Source: a virus
DNA: 64,000 nucleotides
Virus record (IMG/VR): IMGVR_UViG_3300020442_002661
Span: 21,963-85,962 of that record
Strand: one strand, 5' to 3'
Part shown: positions 60,101 to 64,000 of the stretch, in pieces
Numbering within the stretch: the stretch's first letter is position 1
How the letters are laid out: each line of letters starts with the position of its first letter
Translations under genes and position numbers: made by a program
The notes under the pieces: generated by a model
The model's input: the letters and a program-made list of their open reading frames with translations, nothing else
Database searches by the model: none
What the model was told of the DNA's origin: nothing

Positions 60101-62207
60101 TAAGTTCTGTATCACCGTCAGCACCGTCTAAGTGTGATAAGAATACTGTGCCTGTTTCTGGTACAACTTGCGAAGTAGGTACTGTGTAACTTCCTGTTTG
60201 GTACCTTGCAAAAGTAGCAATGTGTAAATCATCTAAGTGTCCTGTTAAGAAATTTGATACAGCATGATCTGCACCAAACTTGATAGGCTTAGTTTCACCG
60301 TAGTCATTATTATCAGTATAAGTTGTTCCTATTTGTGTGCCGTCGAGATACATTCTTGTGTATCCTGCAAATCTACTTACAGCAATATGATGCCATGTGT
60401 TTAAAGATACAGTACCTCCACTTATCCTTGTAGTTCCTCCTGAAGAATATTTTACTGTAGTTCCATCTAAAAATACATGTGGAGGATTGTCATTAGCAAT
60501 ACCTGCTCTCATATCAAATAGTGTTTGTGTTCCAGTTACGCTTTGTGCATACAACCAAAATTCTATAGTGAAATCACTTTGTTGAAAACCAAAGTCGTCG
60601 TTTGCACTCATTTGCAGATAGCTATCTGTGCCATTTAAGAGTAAACTGCTTGTGCCAAACTTTTTAATTGCTGTGTCTAATTCTGCGCCACCCTTAAATC
60701 CTAATGTTTTTTTAGTTCTGGTTGTTGCTTCTGCAATACCTGCGGCAAGCCCATTTATAAAAAACTTACCATCTGAATCTTTACTGTCAATAGTGCCACT
60801 GCCTAGTGTGCTACTACCATCAACACTTTTTAATGTAAATGTTTCGCCTGCACTAAAACTTCCTGTTATATCACTAACACGTATTGCCGTTTGACCTGCA
60901 CCTTTTAATCCTGTACTTCCGTTAAGTACATACAATCCTTTGTTTGCAAAATATGTAAAAGAGTTCAACCATTCGACTCTAGTACCGTTTGTAATTGTAA
61001 GGGCATCAACACCCGGTGTAATAAATGTTGCCGCATGAAATAAACAACTTGCTTCTTTACTGCTCGAAGTTGCTACTGATCCATCAAGATATGCACCTTT
61101 ACCTGCATCTCCTTCGTTGAACCCTCTTGGGTCGCTTGCACTTGTTACACTACCTTTTGTAATTACAGATACATTTCTTACATATGGTGAACGTGAAGTT
61201 ACTGTAAAGTTTGGTGCAAAACGAAAAGCATATCCTACATCATTACCGCTATCGTAATAAAAATCTTTTATAGTTAAATCTTCAACTGTAGTTTCACCAT
61301 TTAGATGAATAGCATCTTGGTAATTTAAACTATTAGGTTGTATCGTTGTAGTACGCATACTATGACCGCGTAGTGTTACACCTGCTGGAATAACAAGTGG
61401 AAATACTTCTTCGTATACACCAGGCATAACATGAACTGTGTCTCCTGCACTAACTTGTGTAAGTGCATATTCAATTGTTAAAAATGGTGCTTGTCTATGA
61501 TTACCTATATTTCCATCATGACCATTTTCCGATACATAATACACATTAGGTGTTGTCAAACCAATATCTATTCCGTCAACTTCTAGTGATGCTGTGTTTA
61601 TTGTTCCTGCTGTAACATTATTAATATAAGCACTACTCCAACGTTTTGGACTAGAACCTAAATTGTAAGTATTGTCAGCATCTGGAATGATATCACTTGC
61701 TAATTTTGAATTAAATGTAATACTGTCTGTTGCACTATCACCTATTGTAATATTACCATCAGTGCTAATATTTCCAGTAACATGTAAGTTACCATCTATA
61801 TTTGTATCTGTAAGTATTTCAATAGTGCCTGTGCCATTTGCATCAAATTCAAGATTAGCATTGCTTTCTGTAGTTCTTATAGTATTGTCATTAATTTCAA
61901 TACCGTCTATAGTAAGTTTATCATTGTAAACAACACTGTCTGCTGTTCCAAGATCAATTATACCTGTATCTGAAGTTATGCTGTTACCAGCAAAAGTTAA
62001 ATCTCCTACTTTTGCAGTAGTAGATAATATGTTTGTAGCTCTTACAGTCCCGTTAACATCTAAAGCGTATTGAGGATTATCGGTGTTTATTCCAACTCGA
62101 GAGTTGTTAACATCCAAATATAGAAGATCCGTCTCAAAAGCCAGGTCTATCCCGTTTCTAACGAGATTTGACTTTAAGAGCGGACCGGATATGCGACCTA
62201 CAGCCAT
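57105..62207 (-). CDS. Fibre protein (1700 aa) with beta-helix, LamG/ConA-like lectin domain and shaft repeats
   Basis: YYVSENG..VMPGVYEE; DFTIEFW..WHHIAVSR..LDG; many NSDLELRASGTG repeats; GMIRYN. Confidence 0.75.
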   Translation of the reverse strand: MAVGRISGPLLKSNLVRNGIDLAFETDLLYLDVNNSRVGINTDNPQYALDVNGTVRATNILSTTAKVGDLTFAGNSITSDTGIIDLGTADSVVYNDKLTIDGIEINDNTIRTTESNANLEFDANGTGTIEILTDTNIDGNLHVTGNISTDGNITIGDSATDSITFNSKLASDIIPDADNTYNLGSSPKRWSSAYINNVTAGTINTASLEVDGIDIGLTTPNVYYVSENGHDGNIGNHRQAPFLTIEYALTQVSAGDTVHVMPGVYEEVFPLVIPAGVTLRGHSMRTTTIQPNSLNYQDAIHLNGETTVEDLTIKDFYYDSGNDVGYAFRFAPNFTVTSRSPYVRNVSVITKGSVTSASDPRGFNEGDAGKGAYLDGSVATSSSKEASCLFHAATFITPGVDALTITNGTRVEWLNSFTYFANKGLYVLNGSTGLKGAGQTAIRVSDITGSFSAGETFTLKSVDGSSTLGSGTIDSKDSDGKFFINGLAAGIAEATTRTKKTLGFKGGAELDTAIKKFGTSSLLLNGTDSYLQMSANDDFGFQQSDFTIEFWLYAQSVTGTQTLFDMRAGIANDNPPHVFLDGTTVKYSSGGTTRISGGTVSLNTWHHIAVSRFAGYTRMYLDGTQIGTTYTDNNDYGETKPIKFGADHAVSNFLTGHLDDLHIATFARYQTGSYTVPTSQVVPETGTVFLSHLDGADGDTELTEDVRISQTIEFSGGATANFIDLVDRTDFGGEVRTIGSANIYGNYGAYGDGNGVLMYLIGHNFAYIGTGLREDNDETLVQQTQEVTELNNARIRYTSVDQGGDFRVGDKFYVDQETGQVVFNASALDIVTPNGITFESGANTTFIDGTKIETGNFRISGNTIETTSGNFNVESATGEVNIQDNTNITGNLDVTGNVTIGGNITIGDEDTDSIEFGAEVDSNIVPNVDGTFNLGSNTKRWNHVYSDNWSNGNINIAGNKIETIDTNSDLHLDAAGTGSVTVPNNDVTVSNNLTVDGTTTLEGAVTVNAGLTVNGTINQTAGSISLSDNLTIAKILTVEGETQFENINISGNLIQATESNSDLELDAAGTGKVTVPDADLEVGGDINVLGTAQYANVSASGTVTTQFMTTGTATINGQAQFENILINDNFITTTISNSDLELRANGTGKVLIPDNDLEVTGDLTVAGNIALNTASANTITTTTLTTDNMEILGTATFDDINVNGNVIQTSISNSDLELRASGTGQILVAENDVVLEKNLTVEGATTLKNTTAQDVTVDDLIINENVTINGQINLEDIEINDNVITTTSSNSDLELRASGTGEVIIPDNNVVIENDLTVGGNLTLASGSVETLTSDFVDVADNLSVNGTAQFEDIVITGNKIATTLTNSDLELSASGTGIVDIPNNDVVVENNVTIQGDLVVNTLDSAGKITANSFSTGDILIDDNFITTTQSNSNLELRANGTGVIVIDDLSFANSTITSTGDFTVNAGRVILETTDSLTLPSGTTAQRNASPVTGMIRYNTTTNQFEGYNGAWKTLTDGLKDQDSDTYITAELTPGADDDVIRFYNSGNLTADLTENRLSVEKLIVDDIEFNDNTIRTITTNSDLVLQSNGTGGVLLDEMKFTGSTITSTTTDQVFTFDSTGTGYWKFAGTRGVVIPVGNNAERPAGVDSEAGMLRYNTEDERTEIFDGTNWTSVAGSSSGISRNDAEAIALENVLILG

Positions 62208-62313
62208 CTCTTCTCCTCAACACGGGCATCTTGTGCCACCAACCACCTTGCATTGCGGGTTGACCACAGTATGATAACTCTAGATTTTAGGTCTGACCTA
62301 CAGTTATATAATG
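62208..62313 (-). promoter_or_regulatory. Structured ~100-nt 5' leader downstream of TATAAATA (62314-62321)
   Basis: Inverted repeats TAGGTC/GACCTA, CAACC/GGTTG and GGCA/TGCC; GC-rich relative to its surroundings. Confidence 0.45.
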
Positions 62314-62343
62314 TATTTATATGATTATTAAATATATGGCTGG

Positions 62344-63999
62344 TTAGCCAAAGATAAGAATGAATTCATTCATTATTTCATTCATATCAGCTTCACTTAC
62401 ACCAGCACCTGTACCAGCGGCTGTTACCCAACCTCCTGCTGTGTAATTTTCTAAATATGCAAGATCTGTGTTATAACGAGAGGATCCTACTTCAGGATTT
62501 GGCTCTCTTTCAGCACTTGTACCTATAGGAACACGTAAAGCATTATCTTGATTAAATTTAATATATCCATTGCCTGTAGCGGCTAGTGTACCAATATTTG
62601 TACCTGTTGTATATATAGTTCTGTCTAAAAATTGTATTGCTTCAATTTGTGTTCTACCTGTTCCGCCTTCCGGAAGCAGTATAATATCACCGTTAGTATT
62701 ATTTGTTTGTATGGTGCTACCGTCAATATCAATACCTTGTAGTTCAATTCTATGAGCATATGTTTCGCCAATGCTATTCATCTCCATTACATTGACACCA
62801 TTTACATCAAAGAATATAGCATTGTTGTTGCTGTCTATTCTTACTCTAGTTTGTAAATCGTTACTGTATATGCCGCCGAATACTCTTTGTAATCCACCTT
62901 CTTTACCTACAAATTGATCAATGCTTGTGTCATATCTAATATCTGCATTTGCTGTACTATCTTCATTTAGTGTGAATGTACCTTTTGGAAGTGTAATACT
63001 GTCTGTGCTATCCATTACAAATTTATCAGCACGTATTTCTAATGTTGGAATAGTGCTATCATCTCTATTGGCATACAAAGTATTACCTTTGAAGTGTATA
63101 TCATTTAGATGAATTCTTCCGTCTGCATTACCACGTAGTTCTAAATTACTATTTGATTCTGTGGTAGTAATATAGTTGTCGTTGAAAAGTATATCACTAC
63201 TAGTTTCTATTTCTGTAAATTCAACATCAGCATTCACCGTAATGCCTTGTGTTGAAAGTGTATTGTTTACAGTAAGATTTGGTACTTTTAATCCTTCAAA
63301 TCTAACAACACCTGTGCCACTAGCACCTAGTTCTAAATTACTATTTGTCTGTGTTGTTTGTATTTTATTTCCAGATATATTGATATTTTCAAGTTGTGTT
63401 TGAAATGCATCAAGTCTTCCTACTATAAGTTTGTTCGGACTTGTGGCGGCAGAAGAAATAGTATCAAATGTTGTAAGGCCATTTACTGTTAAGTCTCCTG
63501 ATATATTTGTGTTACTACCTACTCTTACCACACCTGTACCACTAGCTCGTAAATCTAAATCATCATTAGTTCTGTAGGTTGTAATTGTGTTTCCTATAAA
63601 ATCTACACCTTCTAATTTCATATTGCTTGGCATAGAAATATTTTTGTTTACTGTGAGATTGTCTGCTGTAAATGTATCTGCTGTTACGTCTACAAAAGTA
63701 GTATCGCCATTTGTTGTAAGATTTTGCTGAAATTCACTTTGTGTGTTGAAACGCACAACTCCTGTACCACTAGCTCGTAATTCTAAATCTGCATTTGTGG
63801 TTGTTGTTGTAATAAAGTTGCCTGTAAATTCCAAATCTTGCATGTTGAAACTTGGCACATTAAGATCTGTTGTAATAATAGTGCCGCCAACAAAGTTGTT
63901 TACATTAACAGTATTTAAATCCATATTACCATTTACAATAGCATCATTATCTACTTGTAAATTTTCTTGGAATAAAACTTTTCCTGTGCCAGTGGCTCT
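62344..63999 (-). CDS. Fibre protein with NSDLELRASGTG-type repeats, 5' end outside the window
   Basis: Frame stays open to the window edge (RATGTGKVFIQ...); paralogous to the C-terminal part of 57105-62207. Confidence 0.75.
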   Translation of the reverse strand, partial: RATGTGKVLFQENLQVDNDAIVNGNMDLNTVNVNNFVGGTIITTDLNVPSFNMQDLEFTGNFITTTTTNADLELRASGTGVVRFNTQSEFQQNLTTNGDTTFVDVTADTFTADNLTVNKNISMPSNMKLEGVDFIGNTITTYRTNDDLDLRASGTGVVRVGSNTNISGDLTVNGLTTFDTISSAATSPNKLIVGRLDAFQTQLENINISGNKIQTTQTNSNLELGASGTGVVRFEGLKVPNLTVNNTLSTQGITVNADVEFTEIETSSDILFNDNYITTTESNSNLELRGNADGRIHLNDIHFKGNTLYANRDDSTIPTLEIRADKFVMDSTDSITLPKGTFTLNEDSTANADIRYDTSIDQFVGKEGGLQRVFGGIYSNDLQTRVRIDSNNNAIFFDVNGVNVMEMNSIGETYAHRIELQGIDIDGSTIQTNNTNGDIILLPEGGTGRTQIEAIQFLDRTIYTTGTNIGTLAATGNGYIKFNQDNALRVPIGTSAEREPNPEVGSSRYNTDLAYLENYTAGGWVTAAGTGAGVSEADMNEIMNEFILIFG

Positions 64000-64000
64000 T

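Noticed and set aside
29197-63999. Many 60-200-aa plus-strand and alternate-frame ORFs over the fibre genes (e.g. 45776-46375, 52422-52970, 58033-58536, 51093-51593)
   Set aside because: Antisense shadows of codon-biased T/G/S/N-rich genes; no SD, promoter or recognisable motifs.
1-64000. tRNA, rRNA, CRISPR array, integrase or transposase
   Set aside because: Intergenic gaps are short and none shows a cloverleaf or repeat-spacer pattern by eye; tRNAscan and CRISPR finders were not run.
1-64000. Alternative genetic code (stop-codon recoding)
   Set aside because: Standard translation gives full-length, densely packed genes, including ORFs over 5 kb.

Overview
AT-rich segment of a large T4-like contractile-tailed phage genome (myovirus, probably jumbo; host not identifiable from this window), mostly on the minus strand. 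It holds the replication/recombination genes gp32, uvsX and uvsY, packaging genes (gp17, gp16-like, gp4), and neck and tail genes (gp13/14/15, an enlarged gp18 sheath, gp19 tube, a gp54-like protein). About 35 kb encodes very large repeat-rich fibre/baseplate proteins. Three sugar-modification modules are interleaved. (i) A glycosyltransferase/methyltransferase/nucleotidyltransferase cluster at 1-4455. (ii) An ADP-heptose operon (hldE, hldD, cupin, gmhB) with no gmhA, behind its own sigma70-type promoter. (iii) A GT9 heptosyltransferase-like gene and a carbamoyltransferase directly downstream of two ~10%-Cys glycine-rich adhesin-like genes. My best candidate for a new system is phage-encoded heptosylation/decoration of virion fibres, possibly at D-S-T loops inserted into the fibre repeats; this is inference. 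Non-coding signals include repeated late-promoter TAAATA-N5-ATG (leaderless) starts, a hairpin hiding a start codon with the late promoter in its loop, and a GC-rich structured 5' leader. Product calls come from motif recognition only; no database searches were run.
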